Sequence record: PQ657772.1
Reading direction: 5' to 3' (one strand)
DNA: 64,000 nucleotides
This document shows positions 63,371 through 64,000 of the stretch, piece by piece. The position numbers were made by a program, and so were the translations under genes. Numbering within the stretch: position 1 is the first letter of the stretch; each line of letters starts with the position of its first letter. The notes under the pieces were generated by a model that saw only the letters and a program-made list of their open reading frames with translations, was not told the DNA's origin and did no database searches.

Positions 63371-63770
63371 GAACTTTACCTTTAAGTAAATTAATTAATG
63401 TTCGCATAGATTCAGTACTGACAGTCCCAAAATCAACACCTAAGCACTCGTATTGAAAGAACTCAATAGAATCAATTGAGTCCAAAGGAATCTCAACAAC
63501 CTGATTCCCTATACCAGACATAGTAACATTGCTTTTATTAATCGTCAAGAAGTTTTTTGAATAAGTATTAAATTTTAGTGAAATCGCATCGGGGTGCTTT
63601 GTAACAATGCAGTACTGGGAGCCATACACATATAGTACTTTACTTTCACTAAGATCTGTTTTAAAAAAATGAATCCCATTGAAGTATTTCTCATTGGCTC
63701 CCATCGCCGCGATTAGTTCATCTGTTGTTGTTAACCTTGTTTCGTTCTTCGTTAAACTGTTGAAAAGCAT
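63357..63770 (-). CDS. hypothetical protein (FFQ motif family)
   Basis: DSIEFFQYECLG. Confidence 0.7.
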   Translation of the reverse strand: MLFNSLTKNETRLTTTDELIAAMGANEKYFNGIHFFKTDLSESKVLYVYGSQYCIVTKHPDAISLKFNTYSKNFLTINKSNVTMSGIGNQVVEIPLDSIDSIEFFQYECLGVDFGTVSTESMRTLINLLKGKVHAFN

Positions 63771-64000
63771 AGAATACTACCTTAACCATTTGTAGTGTTT
63801 CAGACATTACTTCTGATGAAAATTCAACATCATTGAATTTCAGCATAGTGTTCTGTGTAAAGAAAGTTGCTTCTAAGTCTTCTAGATTGAAGGGTTCATC
63901 AAACAAATTAGTACTGAACATGTCAGTCTTCTTCTTGTATGTGAACAAGAATTTGGAATTATAACGAAGAACTATTTCATCTTTATTGACCAGAATGCGT

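Larger units (their letters stand above)
1..64000. repeat. highly iterated palindrome AGTACT (often CAGTACTG)
   Basis: About 180 occurrences by manual scan, in all reading frames and in intergenic DNA. Confidence 0.9.

Noticed and set aside
1578-63389. All plus-strand ORFs and short alternate-frame minus ORFs in the track
   Set aside because: They are shadows of well-tiled minus-strand genes, lack SD sites and have unnatural composition.
1-64000. CRISPR array or tRNA genes
   Set aside because: No regularly spaced direct repeats, and no T-arm GTTCRAATC/CCA cloverleaf seen on either strand by eye.

Overview
This is an AT-rich (roughly one-third GC by eye) segment of a large lytic dsDNA phage genome. 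Its gene content resembles the enterobacterial jumbo myoviruses of the RaK2/GAP32/PBECO4 type (recalled, not searched). Essentially every real gene is on the minus strand. Recognisable genes: thymidine kinase, nrdD/nrdG, dCMP deaminase plus a second deaminase, Dps-like protein, spanins, three related tail-fibre-like proteins, PIN-PhoH, Nudix, Sir2, ClpP, HslV-like protease, DNA ligase, two phosphoesterases, Pth2, PNKP, RNA ligase 1, two endonucleases, a cytidylyltransferase-like protein and an N6-adenine methyltransferase. There are also arrays of small paralogous hypothetical genes. Main unexplained signals: (1) two diverged copies, 52 kb apart, of a ~500-570 nt intergenic element with compensatory base changes and the same upstream promoter, i.e. 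a probable large structured ncRNA family that I cannot assign; (2) about 180 copies of the palindrome AGTACT by manual count, roughly 8-fold above base-composition expectation; (3) a consensus FNR box centred at -41.5 upstream of the anaerobic ribonucleotide reductase operon; (4) an acyl-carrier-protein homologue with Trp in place of the phosphopantetheine Ser; (5) a NUDT16-like Nudix gene beside Sir2. No tRNA or CRISPR array was seen.
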